From NCBI RefSeq assembly GCF_009914755.1, contig NC_060926.1: a stretch of 64,000 nt of DNA; one strand, 5' to 3'. Shown piece after piece: positions 63,938-64,000 of the stretch (the first letter of the stretch is position 1; each line of letters starts with the position of its first letter). The translations under genes and the position numbers were made by a program. The notes beneath the pieces are model-generated. The model saw nothing but the letters and a program-made list of their open reading frames with translations. It searched no databases and was not told the DNA's origin. The DNA is from the human T2T-CHM13v2.0 reference genome, Homo sapiens.

Positions 63938-64000
63938 TTTTTTTCTTTTCTTTTTTGAGACAAGGTCTCACTCTGTCGCCCAGGCTGGCCTTGAACTCCT
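63938..64000 (-). mobile_element. Alu/FLAM fragment running off the window edge
   Basis: ttttgagacaaggtctcactctgtcgcccaggctgg. Confidence 0.85.

Overview
This window is primate genomic DNA, very probably human given an SVA_F-like element. It consists almost entirely of nested transposable elements, and I see no recognisable cellular gene, RNA gene or CRISPR array. The contents are about 30 Alus, three long L1s, two short L1PA 3' fragments, a full-length SVA, a full THE1D element, many solo LTRs, a decayed ERV1 proviral nest at 16.2-35.5 kb, a MER82 DNA transposon and several tandem repeats. The long L1s are a minus-strand L1PA7/8-like copy at 17.2-23.3 kb, an L1PA3-like copy at 41.7-47.2 kb and a full-length L1PA7/8-like copy at 55.0-63.9 kb. 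Most ORF-track entries are repeat artefacts; only the L1 ORF1/ORF2 and ERV gag/pol remnants are genuine, broken coding sequence. I found no convincing new biological system. The best signals are structural: (1) two inverted, independently inserted L1s share disabling indels, suggesting gene conversion or local trans-mobilisation; (2) an L1 retrotransposed from spliced RNA (SpIRE97/622 junction) that also has the ZNF93-escape deletion; (3) a ~150-bp antisense, mRNA-3'-end-like insert inside THE1D-int; (4) a cluster of template-switch inversions and inverted duplications at 1.3-3.7 kb; (5) two TSD-less junctions that imply deletions. Subfamily names come from my recollection of consensus sequences, not from a RepeatMasker run.
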